This document shows positions 1 to 10,702 of a stretch of DNA of 62,710 nt, piece by piece. Below the pieces are notes generated by a model. That model saw only the letters and a list, made by a program, of their open reading frames with translations. It ran no database searches and was not told the DNA's origin. The stretch comes from Trichormus sp. ATA11-4-KO1 (GTDB lineage Bacteria; Cyanobacteriota; Cyanobacteriia; Cyanobacteriales; Nostocaceae), in the NCBI GenBank assembly GCA_019358915.1, contig JAHHIM010000027.1, forward strand, positions 1-62,710, written 5' to 3'. A program made the translations under genes and the position numbers. Positions within the stretch are counted from its first letter, which is position 1. Each line of letters starts with the position of its first letter.

Positions 1-127
1 GTGAGTGCATTGCAGTCATCTCACTTGTTTTGCTCCCATGTCAAGTACATTTTTCCTCTCGCTGCTTATGCTTGTCTTGTTTCTTTTGTCAAGTTCATTT
101 TATACCAAATTAGATGAGCTTACCCTG
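1..127. mobile_element. Probable terminus of an unidentified IS inserted into the IS5 transposase
   Basis: IS5-like coding sequence (..IDQLIMSGASL) begins abruptly at 128. Upstream sequence is unrelated and ends in an IS-like terminus (minus strand CAGGGTAAGCTCATCT). The other end lies outside the window. Confidence 0.4.
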
Positions 128-144
128 ATATTGACCAGCTAATC

Positions 145-858
145 ATGTCAGGAGCATCTCTAGAAAATTTAGCTAAAAGAGAATATAAAATGTTGCTTGT
201 AGTCGCAGAAGTCTATCGTCAACAATTATGGTTATATGAAAATAAAAAACAAAGTATTGACGACCGCATTGTCAGTTTAAACCAACCACATATTCGTCCA
301 ATTGTCAGAGGAAAAGCTGGTAAAGCCGTAGAATTTGGGGCAAAATTGTCTGCTAGTTGCTTTGAGGGATATGCCTTTTTAGACCATATTAGTTGGGATA
401 ATTTTAATGAATCAGGAGACTTAAAATCACAAGTAGAAGCCTATAAAAATTTTACTGGTTATTATCCAGAATCTGTTCATGTTGATAAAATTTATCGCAC
501 AAGGGAGAACCGAGCTTGGTGCAAAAAACGAGGTATTAGAATTAGTGGTTCCCCTTTAGGTAGACCTCCAGCCAATGTGAGTAAACAACAAAAAAAGCAA
601 GCTTTAGAAGATGAAAGAATTCGTAATTCTATTGAGGGAAAATTTGGACAAGGTAAAAGAAGATTTAGCCTGGGTAGAGTGATGGCGAAACTGTCTCATA
701 CTTCTCAAACAACAATTGCTATTACTTTTTTAGTGATGAATCTTTCTACTCACCTATCAAGGATTTTTTGTGCTTTTTTATGTCTATTTTTCAAAAATAG
801 AACTTTTTTACAGTCTGGCATAACTGAACATTATCATTTTGCAATTTATAGACAATAA
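145..858 (+). pseudogene. IS5-family DDE transposase, N-terminally truncated
   Basis: Motifs RIVSLNQPHIRPIVRGKAGKAVEFGAK, VHVDKIYR and R-N-S-IEGKFGQGKRRF. Confidence 0.85.
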
Positions 859-890
859 AGGCTTATATCTGAACCTTGTTTGAATAACTA

Positions 891-2093
891 GTAGTCTACC
901 AAGGCAACTTTGCTAGGTTAAATTCGGATATAAACGCTGCATTTTTCGGCGAGCATCTTTGGTTTGAAAACCCCAATAGACACTGGCTTTTTGTTGATTA
1001 CGTTGTTTCTCCCAAGTAGCAATCTCAGAAGTTAATATTTCTGCATTAGGAATACGCCGTTCTAAACATTGGCGAGATAAAACAGATAATTCAATTTCTA
1101 CTTGATTCAGCCAAGAAGCGTGTTTAGGAGTATAGTGAAACTCTAATTTCTGAATAATTCGCCGTGCTTCTTGTGGTGGAAAAACTTCATATAATGCGCT
1201 GGGGGTATGAATATTCAGGTTATCAACTACTAAACGAATAACATCGGCATCTCGGTAACAAACATCTACTAAATTTTTCATCTGTTTAGCAAAGTCGGCT
1301 TTAGTTCGACGCTCTGTGACTTCGATATGCCGCCAGCCTGCCAAGGGTTGAAAACACGCAAATAAATTTACTGTCCCGTTACGTTTATACTCGAAATCAT
1401 AACGCTCCGGCTGCTCCGGCTCTGGTGGCAAAGGTTGTCTAACTTCTTCTACTAACTGGTAGGGACGTTCATCAAAGCAGACTACAGGGCGTTTAGGATC
1501 ATAAGGCTCATTGTATAAATCCAACACATCTTCCATTCGGAAAACATATTCTGCATTAACTTCTGGAATACACCACTGTTCTTTCAGCCAGGGTTTAATT
1601 TCATTTTTTTTTAAGTCTGACGTACTGTTTCATCTGAAATTGAATTTACTATGCCAACGCTTACTAAATGGTCTGCTAATAATTGCATTGTCCAGCGCAC
1701 TCTTCCACTTGGTGGATTAGAACAAGCAGTCGCAATTAAGAATGCTTCTTGTTTTTCATCTAATTTTTTAGGTTTTGGTGGATGAGCTTCATCCTTTAAA
1801 GCAAAATCTAACCCACCAACGACAAACTTCTCTCGTATCCGTTGTACTGTGGCAATATGCGCTCTAACTGTGTCAGCGATCGCTTGATCCGTTTCTCCTT
1901 CAGAAGCCATTAGAAGAATGTTTGCACGGCTTATGGTTCTTGCCTTATGCTTACCTTTCTTAATTATCGATTGCAGTTGAGAAACTTCATCTTCATCCAA
2001 GTCAACAATGTACTTTTTCGCCATGTTAAAACCCGTTTTTGGTTATTTTACCAATTAGAGGTTTTACTTAGCAAAGTTACCTTGGCAGACTAC
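891..2093 (-). mobile_element. IS630-family element with both ends
   Basis: 24-bp terminal IRs GTAGTCTACCAAGGCAACTTTGCT (891-914) and AGCAAAGTTACCTTGGCAGACTAC (2070-2093) with 2 mismatches. TA flanks both sides (889-890, 2094-2095). Confidence 0.92.
913..2024 (-). pseudogene. IS630 transposase split into orfA (HTH, 1611-2024) and orfB (DDE, 913 to ~1610)
   Basis: orfA has ARTISRANILL and RWTMQLLAD. orfB has [16 protein letters not shown] and [14 protein letters not shown]. An A9 run lies at the junction. Confidence 0.85.
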
Positions 2094-2140
2094 TAGTCAA
2101 CCCTCCTCTTACTTTTTTACTACTTTTTCAGCAAACCCTA

Positions 2141-2293
2141 ACTATCTTGTGTATCAACGTATTTACGTTGTTTCAGACTTTTGTAAATCACCCATGATTG
2201 GTTGCGATCGCAAAAATCCTATTGAAAAATCTAGTTAGAAGCCTTGAAAACCATACCCGTTATTTTGGCTTCTCTGTCAATGCGTAAGTCCTA
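2141..2293. mobile_element. Remnant end of another IS/MITE (terminus TGCGTAAGTCCTA)
   Basis: Ends in CAATGCGTAAGTCCTA, recognised as a common cyanobacterial IS/MITE terminus. No partner end is visible. Confidence 0.45.
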
Positions 2294-2626
2294 TAAATAT
2301 TAATTTAACCTGAGTTCGGAATATGGAAGAAGTTTTCTATTTCTACTTTTTTCTTGAGAGCGACATACGTAAGATTGTTGTTTTTGAAGTACAGTTTGTG
2401 CCAGAGGTGATCGTCATTTTCAAAACACTTCCCAACTACAGGCGGGTTAACAGAGCGGAAAGTCGTCGGTTTAAAACCGATGCAGCCTATAATAGTAGGC
2501 AGGCTCATTATTGTTCCTGACTATACACTTGTCAAAGCAGACAACAATTTGGCAATATGGACGTTAATTTGTCAACATGGACAAACAGTTTGGCAATCGA
2601 CAAGAAAAGAGTGATCGCTCTTCTTC

Positions 2627-3889
2627 TCAATTCTTCCCATTCGGACGTTGAATAATCGTTTCTACTACCCGCCGCTTAGCTTTCGGGTCAATCCCCACTA
2701 ACCGCACATACTCACCTTCATATTCAGCTAGATAAGCTTCTAAAGCTGATATTGCATCCCACTCAGCATCAATGTGAGCAGTACCGCAACTTTGCCAAGA
2801 ACCAGTACGGAAGCGGCGTTCATCTACGTGTTCAAAGTTAATTCTGTAACCTTGAGCTAAAATTTGCCGGATTTGTTCTTGTGTCTCTAGAGACAAATGA
2901 GCACTGGAGTGTTGCTGTTTCTGGAATTCATTACCAATTACAGGTTGGCTTGAACCATTACCTGACGGTGACGGCTGACTAGGTGCAGGTTGATAATTTT
3001 TACGACCTCGATTTAAGCGATTATACTCATCAACCAATTGGGAAGTTTCCACCCGTTGTTGTTCACCTACCATCAATTTACCAGCCTCAATCAGATGAGA
3101 TAAACTGAAATCTGGCTTTTTAAATTCTGGTGGCTTCTCAGCGCTATTTACCACGCGTAAGGATACGCGCTCAAAACCTACTTGATGGATAAATTCGCGG
3201 ATTTGTTCGTCATAGATACGCGATCGCAAGGCACTATAAAAGTCTATAGATTGATGAGGGAAAGTATCAACTAGTTGTTCTACTTCCTGCCGTGAAAGTC
3301 CATCTTCCGCAAAAATTCCGCCGACAATTCCCACCCTATCATCTCTATCAGGTTCCCAGTAAAATTTTTCCATCCGCCCATCCCGAATTAATGGCGCATA
3401 GAGAGTGGAAAAATCATTACCTGTAACAATAATCGGTACACGATGTAACGGTGTGGAATCGTAGCTTCCAGGTAACTGCACGTCTGTAGGATTATCAGCA
3501 ATATTCATCAGTGTGGCATTTACCAACTGGGTATTTACAGTGTACTGAGTACCTTCATCAAAGCGTCCAGCACCCGCATCTAAATCATTAATCATCAGCA
3601 CACACATTTTGCCGCGCACTTTGATTAATTCTGCTGTTTCGCGATAGCGCAAACGAATCAACCGGGCTGGATCTCCGGCATCGGGACTTTCCAATTCTCC
3701 ACCAGATATGTAAGTCACTTCGATGCCCATTTTCTCAAAGACTAACTGGCATTGAAAAGTTTTTCCTTCACCTTTGCGTCCATGTATACCCAAAATCAAG
3801 GGGACTCGGACACCAGGAAGATTTAAGAAATTTTTGGTGATATGAACGCCAAGTTTGTCAATAAAGCGGGGAGCAATGTAGTAACTCAT
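2627..3889 (-). CDS. rca: RuBisCO activase-like AAA+ ATPase with C-terminal RbcS-like domain
   Basis: Walker A GRKGEGKT, LMINDLDAG, LIRDGRMEKFYW, and C-terminal EHVDERRFRTGSW..YVRLVGIDP. Confidence 0.95.
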   Translation of the reverse strand: MSYYIAPRFIDKLGVHITKNFLNLPGVRVPLILGIHGRKGEGKTFQCQLVFEKMGIEVTYISGGELESPDAGDPARLIRLRYRETAELIKVRGKMCVLMINDLDAGAGRFDEGTQYTVNTQLVNATLMNIADNPTDVQLPGSYDSTPLHRVPIIVTGNDFSTLYAPLIRDGRMEKFYWEPDRDDRVGIVGGIFAEDGLSRQEVEQLVDTFPHQSIDFYSALRSRIYDEQIREFIHQVGFERVSLRVVNSAEKPPEFKKPDFSLSHLIEAGKLMVGEQQRVETSQLVDEYNRLNRGRKNYQPAPSQPSPSGNGSSQPVIGNEFQKQQHSSAHLSLETQEQIRQILAQGYRINFEHVDERRFRTGSWQSCGTAHIDAEWDAISALEAYLAEYEGEYVRLVGIDPKAKRRVVETIIQRPNGKN

Positions 3890-4257
3890 AAAATCATTAT
3901 TGGTTAGAACTTATTACAATCATGCTAAGTTTTTTTGGGGCATCTCGTTAATTTATCTTCTGGTATAGATTAAGTGCTACCTACTACAAATGTTGAATTA
4001 GATACGCATGAAAATTGCCTGATTGAGGTATTAAAAATTTTGTGCTCATAGTTGCAAACATGCTTAATATTCTGGGAAATTCAACCCTTGTTGTAGAACT
4101 GTTAAAACTTGTATGCAAGGAGAGTAGGGTATAGGGAATCCGATAATTAAAATCAAGAATCACTGCGGTCTTGTTGGCTACTAACCAAGAGCAAGTAGCT
4201 CAAAATACACCTTGTATAGACCCAAGACCGCTCTAACTGACTACAAACCTTTAAGTA

Positions 4258-5079
4258 TTACTGAGGTGGGATATCATCATACTTGGAAGCGTCGGGCATG
4301 ATTGTCTCTTGAAGATTCACACCACTGAGGTTAGCACCCTTGAGATTAGCGCCTCTGAGGTTAGCACCCTTGAGATTAGCGCCTCTGAGGTTAGCACCTG
4401 TTAGGTTAGTCCATGACAAATTAGCACCCCTCAAGTCAGCCTCACTTAAGTTAGCCCGTAATAAGTATGCTCCACTTAAATGAGCTTGGCTCAAATTAGC
4501 TTTGTACAGGTCAGTTTTGTACAGATAAGCTCCCATTACTTCTGCCTCATACAAGTTGGCCTCACTGAGGTCAGCTGCAATTAAGTTAGCTTCCATGAGA
4601 TTTGCAAAACTGAGGTTAGTTCTAATTAGCTTTGCAGTACCCAAATCGGCATCTCTCAAGTTAGCGTCTCTCAAGTCAGTTCCAATCAGGTTAGCATCAG
4701 TAATCACAGCACCTTGGAGATTCGCCGCACTCAAGTCAGAGCCAATGAAATTGGCATAACTCAAATCTGCTTGAATAAGTAAAGCACCTCTCAAGTTAGC
4801 CACACTGAAGTTAGCTGCACTCAGATTAGCTTCAATAAGCTTTGCTTTGAAAAGGTTAGCACCACTGAGGTCAGCGCCACAGAGATTGGCTCGCACCAGT
4901 AAAGCATTACCTAAATCAACCTTGCTCAAGTTTACCCCTTGGAGGTTAGCGCCTCTGAGGTTATTTCCTTCGAGGTTTGCAGCGCTGAGGTCTGGTTGAA
5001 TCTGGGGATTTTGTCTTCTCCAATCCATCCATGTGACTGCACCTGCTTTTAGTAAAGCCAGATGCTCTCGATTTGCCAT
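4258..5079 (-). CDS. Pentapeptide repeat protein
   Basis: Continuous A(N/D)Lxx repeats. Confidence 0.92.
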   Translation of the reverse strand: MANREHLALLKAGAVTWMDWRRQNPQIQPDLSAANLEGNNLRGANLQGVNLSKVDLGNALLVRANLCGADLSGANLFKAKLIEANLSAANFSVANLRGALLIQADLSYANFIGSDLSAANLQGAVITDANLIGTDLRDANLRDADLGTAKLIRTNLSFANLMEANLIAADLSEANLYEAEVMGAYLYKTDLYKANLSQAHLSGAYLLRANLSEADLRGANLSWTNLTGANLRGANLKGANLRGANLKGANLSGVNLQETIMPDASKYDDIPPQ

Positions 5080-5089
5080 TTTCTCTCCT

Positions 5090-5731
5090 TTACTCCTGAC
5101 TCCCGCTCTGAGGATTTACCCGACCGGCTACACTTTCAATGGCTGTCAATGCTCCCGCCGCACCAGCGAGGATATCCCGTTCTTGTCCCCCTAAATACAA
5201 TCTTCCAAAGCTGCCCACAGCTTGTACTTCAAGGATATTAATCGCTGCTGCTTTCTCAGCCTCATTTGCAGCCAGTGCTGCGTAAGTAGCAGGCTGAACT
5301 TCTAATACATACAGTGTTTGTCCTGCTAGTAGTAGCTGACCTCTGCGTGTGCGATTAATTAGTTGGGTTTGGTAAGCATCAATGTTGCGGATAATTTGGT
5401 TAGAAACGACACGCGGTTTGAGACATTCCTCTTTTCTGACTCCCAGTGTCGCCAAAATTGCTTGTCCAGCAGCTCGCGTTTCTCCTTGGGAGCTAGAGTG
5501 AATTTCCAGTAGACCGTAGAGTCGTTCGACTACCTGCACTCCCGGACGGACAGAGGCAGCTTTGAGTGCTACATCCGTAATTCGATTAATTTCAATACCA
5601 GGAGAGATTTCAATCCACAGTGATGTATCTCCTGGTAGTGGTAAGAAACCCTGGGCTACTGTTCCCATATAGGCTGCATGTTGTGGTTGCAGGCTGTCGA
5701 GAAATACAAAACTGCGTAGTTCTATTCCCAA
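5090..5731 (-). CDS. ccmP: Beta-carboxysome tandem-BMC shell protein CcmP
   Basis: [48 protein letters not shown], 213 aa. Confidence 0.9.
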   Translation of the reverse strand: MGIELRSFVFLDSLQPQHAAYMGTVAQGFLPLPGDTSLWIEISPGIEINRITDVALKAASVRPGVQVVERLYGLLEIHSSSQGETRAAGQAILATLGVRKEECLKPRVVSNQIIRNIDAYQTQLINRTRRGQLLLAGQTLYVLEVQPATYAALAANEAEKAAAINILEVQAVGSFGRLYLGGQERDILAGAAGALTAIESVAGRVNPQSGSQE

Positions 5732-5849
5732 GGTTATGCTCTCCAGTCATGAGGATAAAAATTATCTATTGCAATGTATGAGTGTAACCTTAAACTACCA
5801 CAAGGCTAGGTACTGCAAGGAGCTTTGGTCATGAACTTGTAGTGTGTTC

Positions 5850-6485
5850 TTATCTATGACTTTGCTCAAGTATTTGAATTTCTGTCTGAAGATTGGATTT
5901 GGCAACTTGTTCTGCAACCTCGAACATCAAAGGCGTAAGATAAATACGCTGCCGTTGCCAAAAACGCTCTAAAACTTGTCTACGACCTGTAATATAGTCT
6001 AATTCTGGTACCCATGCATACTCTTGACGAATAGCATTGGCGTATTCTCGATACTGATCTGGGTGAGCAGCCAAAATTGCTAAATCTGCATCAAGCAGGA
6101 TATGGCTATCATAGTCATCTGTAGCAGCTTGGTGATTTTTTGTATGAAGAATGAGACGGCTGACAGTAGCTAGAGTATTTGTAGGAATACCCAAACTAAT
6201 TAGCAATTCACAAGCATAGTCTGCGCTTCTTTCTTCGTTATCTTGAGCTTGGGTGTCATAAACTACATCGTGAAACCACGCCGCCAGTTGCACAGCAGCG
6301 AGGTCTTGAGCGTAGGCTTGCAAAGTGTTAATTGTGCAGAGGACGTGATCAATGTGTTTTAGTGTGTGGTAGTGGCGGTCGCTAGTAGAATAAGCCTCAA
6401 TTAAGCGAGTAAAAACTTGCTCAGCTGCTACTTCGTCAACTCCAAGGCTTTGGAGTGTATGTTGCCATTGACAAAATAATTGCAC
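5850..6485 (-). CDS. HD-superfamily predicted metal-dependent phosphohydrolase
   Basis: RHYHTLKH, AAWFHDVVYD, LLDADLAIL, IRQEY motifs. Confidence 0.85.
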   Translation of the reverse strand: MQLFCQWQHTLQSLGVDEVAAEQVFTRLIEAYSTSDRHYHTLKHIDHVLCTINTLQAYAQDLAAVQLAAWFHDVVYDTQAQDNEERSADYACELLISLGIPTNTLATVSRLILHTKNHQAATDDYDSHILLDADLAILAAHPDQYREYANAIRQEYAWVPELDYITGRRQVLERFWQRQRIYLTPLMFEVAEQVAKSNLQTEIQILEQSHR

Positions 6486-6493
6486 CGCTATTT

Positions 6494-7867
6494 TTATCTC
6501 ACCAAAGGCTGAATTGGCTGACTACTTTGTAAAGAAGGAAGTGGCTGGTTGCTAAAGTGAGGATGTTGGGCATCAATCTGGTGTGCTTTGTTAACGAGCC
6601 AGTTAAATAAGAGATTGACAAGCTTTAATTGCTGAAATATCTGCTGCGGGTCTGCAAGATGGGTTGTGGGCAGATTTTGTCCTATTTTTTGGAAAACTAG
6701 ACCCATAGGCACATTAATTTCATCCTGGAGTTGCAGATAACGCGTGAATAGTGAACCGTAAGCTGCAATCAGCGATCCCACCCCACCTCGTGCCTGTCCC
6801 CAACCGATGAAATATAGTCCCTTATAATCTGCAAGCAAAGAGCCTCCATAGCATTTAACTACTGCGCCTTCAACGCGCTGAAGTTCTGGAGGTAAGAACG
6901 GATAAGCAACGTAGTAACCTGTTGCACAAACGATTAGGTCAAATGCTTCTCTACTACCATCAACAAATTCAACTTCCCAACCATCAAACCGACGCACGCC
7001 TGGTTTGGAAGTAATTCTTCCATGTTTAATGTAGTAGGGAACTTCATTATTGAGAGTAGGGTGCTTATCAAAAATTCGGTAGTTGGGTTTTGCTAAACCA
7101 TAAGCCTCGTGTGTGCCGAAGGTCAGGCGGATAATTCCGTAAATCATCAGCCTCTGTAACCATTGTGGCATCCACCATTTCACTAGTTCAGCCACTGGGA
7201 TGCCTGCAAATGTCTTGGGGATAAACCATACTGATTCGCGCATACTTAAAACAGACTTGGCACTAACGCGAGCTGCTTCCGCAGCCACATCACAAGCTGA
7301 GTTTCCGCCTCCAATTATCAGAACTCGCTTCCCTCGCAGCTGGTCTGGATGCTTGTAATCTTTAGAATGAATAATTTCGCCGTTGAATTCTCCCTGAAAC
7401 TTGGGAAAACGTTTGCACCAGTGATGACCATTGCACATCAACACACCTTTGTAAATTCGTTGTTCCCCATCAACAAAGGTCACTTCCCAAAGATTATTTG
7501 CCACTGGGCGCACATAATTAACTGTACGATTCAGTTCAATCTGCCCACGCAAGTCAAAATGATCAGCAAAGGCATTCAAATAATCCAGCATGTTCTGGGC
7601 GCTGGGAAAGTCAGGATAATCATCGGGCATGGGGAAATGAGTAAATTGGGTAACCTTGCGTGACGAAATAATGTGTGCAGTTTCGTAAACGCCGTGATAC
7701 CAATTACCGCCGATCTTATCACTAGCATCAATTTGATCATAGGGAATATCAGCCGCTTTAAGTGCTTGAGCCATACCCAAGCCGACAAAACCAGCCCCAA
7801 TAATCAAATGTTTGTCTTTGGTATCGACTCGCTTTGAAGTTCTAGATAAGCTCTTCACCTTAACCAA
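6494..7867 (-). CDS. Flavin-containing monooxygenase (FMO-like)
   Basis: GAGFVG FAD site, FxGxxxHSxDYK FMO motif, GGGNSA NADPH site, ATGY. Confidence 0.9.
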   Translation of the reverse strand: MVKVKSLSRTSKRVDTKDKHLIIGAGFVGLGMAQALKAADIPYDQIDASDKIGGNWYHGVYETAHIISSRKVTQFTHFPMPDDYPDFPSAQNMLDYLNAFADHFDLRGQIELNRTVNYVRPVANNLWEVTFVDGEQRIYKGVLMCNGHHWCKRFPKFQGEFNGEIIHSKDYKHPDQLRGKRVLIIGGGNSACDVAAEAARVSAKSVLSMRESVWFIPKTFAGIPVAELVKWWMPQWLQRLMIYGIIRLTFGTHEAYGLAKPNYRIFDKHPTLNNEVPYYIKHGRITSKPGVRRFDGWEVEFVDGSREAFDLIVCATGYYVAYPFLPPELQRVEGAVVKCYGGSLLADYKGLYFIGWGQARGGVGSLIAAYGSLFTRYLQLQDEINVPMGLVFQKIGQNLPTTHLADPQQIFQQLKLVNLLFNWLVNKAHQIDAQHPHFSNQPLPSLQSSQPIQPLVR

Positions 7868-8675
7868 CTTTCAACCTCCTGGTGAATGCATCAATAATCC
7901 AGTTCAGTACCTGCGGAAAATAGCGTTTGAGAAGATGGGCAATTTTAGCGATCGCATCAGGAAACACGTGCAGTTTATTATGCATAATTCCTTGAATTGT
8001 GGCACGCATTACCTGGGTCGGATCGGTGGCTAAATATTCTGGAAAGCTATGAAAACCCTTAGCTAAACTGCCAAATCGTTCTGATTTAAGAATTGGAGTA
8101 CGGCTGAAGAAGGGATAAACAACTGTGACTTTTACATTGTAATGTTTAACTTCATGGAAAAGTGCTTCACTAAACCCACGTAAACCAAATTTGCTAGTTG
8201 CGTAATGAGTCAACCCAATCGGTGCCCACCAGCCTGCTATAGACGAAATGTTGACAATGTGACCTTTTTTACGGGCAATCATATCAGCCCCAAATAGGGC
8301 ACTTAACCGCATTGGTGCTAACAGGTTAATCTGCATTAGACGCTCCCATTTTACACTGGGAATTTCGTCCATGCGACCAACAACAGCAATACCAGCATTG
8401 TTAATCAAAATATCGATGGGGATATTAAGTGCTTTTACTTGACGATACAAGGTTTCACATCCCTCGCAGGTAGAGAGGTCAACAGCCAGACAAGCCAGTA
8501 CCTCGCCGTTCGATACTTCGCGCTGAATTACTTTAACTCGTTCACGTAGTATAACTTCATCCAAATCCGTTAAAATTACACGGCTACCAGCACCTAACAG
8601 CTGTCGGGTTAGTTCTTGACCGAATCCACCAAATGCACCAGTAATTAACACAACCGCCTTGTCTAAATGGGTCAT
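7860..8675 (-). CDS. SDR family oxidoreductase
   Basis: TGAFGGFG, NNAG, YATSK. Overlaps the FMO start by 8 nt. Confidence 0.92.
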   Translation of the reverse strand: MTHLDKAVVLITGAFGGFGQELTRQLLGAGSRVILTDLDEVILRERVKVIQREVSNGEVLACLAVDLSTCEGCETLYRQVKALNIPIDILINNAGIAVVGRMDEIPSVKWERLMQINLLAPMRLSALFGADMIARKKGHIVNISSIAGWWAPIGLTHYATSKFGLRGFSEALFHEVKHYNVKVTVVYPFFSRTPILKSERFGSLAKGFHSFPEYLATDPTQVMRATIQGIMHNKLHVFPDAIAKIAHLLKRYFPQVLNWIIDAFTRRLKVG

Positions 8676-8949
8676 ATTTTCTATACCAATTAATTATTTA
8701 TACAAATTGAGGTGGTCACTTAGCTTTGCGGCGTTTCTTCATTGAAGATGCAGGTTAAGCGCATTTAAATTACTTTTGAGACAAAACAATATTACGTACA
8801 AATTACCAAATATTCATAGTCCATACATAAATTCTTGTAAGCAGCCAGAGACTCAAATCCCCGAATTCTCTACAAAATTGGGAATCTTTTTATTCTTTTT
8901 GTGTTGCGTGGTGTTGCGTAATCAAGATGTATTTTCCCTGATTCTCAAT

Positions 8950-9957
8950 TTAAATCTTAGGTGAACTCAGTGTTGTTAGTAGTAATAATGACCACGGTAC
9001 TTTAATGTCAGGCACAAGCCAGGAGTATTTTCTCAAAACTGGCAAAGCTAAGGGGATGACAAACCGTAGTGAACGTAACGATACAGGACGATTTCCTTCT
9101 TGATCTACAAGTTTATATTGTTGAGCTAGTTCGGCAACAATTTGTACTTTTCCTGTACAGCGCATCACATTTGGATCACCAGCAAGCGCAGCAATTACCC
9201 GTCCTGTTAGTAAGGGAGTTTCCCAGTTATAGCGCTCAGCAATTGATGAATTTTTTGGGTCAGTAGTATTTTTTGCTGCCATTTCCGAGGCTAGACGAGA
9301 AATATGCTCAGTACCAACAATACCCGGCCACATGGAAACAGAAGCTATATTATACGGCTTGAGTTCAACAGCCATATCAGCTGCTAATCGATCACATGCA
9401 GCTTTACCAGTACCGTAGGCTGCACTAAAAAGCTGGGATATACCACCCCATGAGGAAATGGTACAAATCAGTCCTTGCTGACGTTTAGTCATCATCCGGG
9501 CTGCAAAAATACTGGCTACATAGTGGCTACGTAAACCAACATTGTTAGTAGCATCCCAAAGACTGGGTTCACACTCCCAAAAAGGCTGGCCTTGAGTATC
9601 TCTTAATGCTTGGACTCCTGAAAAAACATTGTTAACTAATAAATCGAGCCGTCCATTTTGCTCATTTTGGATGCGTTCAAAGAGCAACCGCACCTGCTGA
9701 TCATCTCTGTGGTCTACCTGGACGGGAATACATACACCACCGGCTTGCTCAACAGCTGATTGCGTTTCCTGGAGAGAGCCAGAAATCTTCTGGGAATCAG
9801 AACTTGGCTCAAGGCTACGTCCGGTAATGTAGACGATCGCACCTGCTTCACCAAGACCAATAGCAATTCCCTTGCCAATGCCTCGCGTAGCACCTGTGAC
9901 TAAAGTTACTTTACCTTCAAGGTGTTTCATGACTGCTCGTTTGTATCTACAAGGCAT
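8950..9957 (-). CDS. SDR family oxidoreductase (DHRS1-like); likely start ~9930
   Basis: TGATRGIG, YGTGK, ETPLLTGR. Confidence 0.88.
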   Translation of the reverse strand: MPCRYKRAVMKHLEGKVTLVTGATRGIGKGIAIGLGEAGAIVYITGRSLEPSSDSQKISGSLQETQSAVEQAGGVCIPVQVDHRDDQQVRLLFERIQNEQNGRLDLLVNNVFSGVQALRDTQGQPFWECEPSLWDATNNVGLRSHYVASIFAARMMTKRQQGLICTISSWGGISQLFSAAYGTGKAACDRLAADMAVELKPYNIASVSMWPGIVGTEHISRLASEMAAKNTTDPKNSSIAERYNWETPLLTGRVIAALAGDPNVMRCTGKVQIVAELAQQYKLVDQEGNRPVSLRSLRFVIPLALPVLRKYSWLVPDIKVPWSLLLLTTLSSPKI

Positions 9958-9975
9958 TGTAGCTTTAGCAAAATG

Positions 9976-10300
9976 TTATATAACTTTATCCTTAAGTTCA
10001 TAAATTGCGATCGCCTCGTCTTTGCCTTTTAATTTCACTGATGAATCTACTAATGTCAGTGAAAATAATTCTGGTGCAGATAAACTCAAAATTACTGACT
10101 CGGTTACCAAAGTTCCACAGCCGTAATGTTTAGTCATGCCCTCAATCCGGGAGGCGATGTTTACCGCGTCACCTACTACTGTAGAATCAATGCGGCAAGT
10201 AAAGCCCACAGTACCCATGACTACTTCACCACGATGAATGCCAATACCTACAGCGATTTGGGGTAAATTATTTTTTACTCGCTCATGATTAAACAGCTAC
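9976..10300 (-). pseudogene. Class III adenylate/guanylate cyclase C-terminal remnant
   Basis: Frame reads LFNHERVKNNLPQIAVGIGIHRGEVVMGTVG..GDAVNIASRIEG..LKGK. The N-terminal half of the catalytic domain is absent. Confidence 0.82.
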
Positions 10301-10702
10301 ACCCACTTGGATATTTTCTATGCCTTGGGGTGCGATCGCTTCTTTACGCCATACTTCCAGTTGTTGATCTGTGGGTTGGTTTGCACAACTCCCCAGGTAG
10401 ACAATAGACGTTACTAGGATTACCAAAGGTAAGTTTTCCACAAATCGGAATTTAACCACGTTAAAAATACTTCTGGAAGAGGTGTACAGATTGGCGTTAG
10501 TTACTCTAGAGTCAGCACCGTAATACTGTTTTACACCGTGTACAAAAATTGTCCAGTTTTCTAGATATGGTGACAGCCAAATGAAAGAGTCACAATAGGG
10601 GGTGGAGGGGCAAAAGGAAAAGAACTTATATCATTACTCTCCCCTGCTCCTCTGCTCTCTTGCTCCCCTGCTTCTTCCCATTCCCTAAATAAGGAGTTAT
10701 CA

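Larger units (their letters stand above)
128..2138 (+). mobile_element. IS5-family element, 3' part, interrupted by an IS630 element near its right end
   Basis: Transposase C-terminus followed, after the IS630 insert, by the end sequence TTTTTCAGCAAACCC|TA typical of cyanobacterial IS5-type ends. Confidence 0.7.

Noticed and set aside
4315..4400. Exact 30-bp tandem duplication
   Set aside because: Encodes GANLRGANLK pentapeptide units; ordinary coding repeat.
10520..10534. Possible NtcA site upstream of putA
   Set aside because: Spacing is GTA-N9-TAC rather than the canonical N8.
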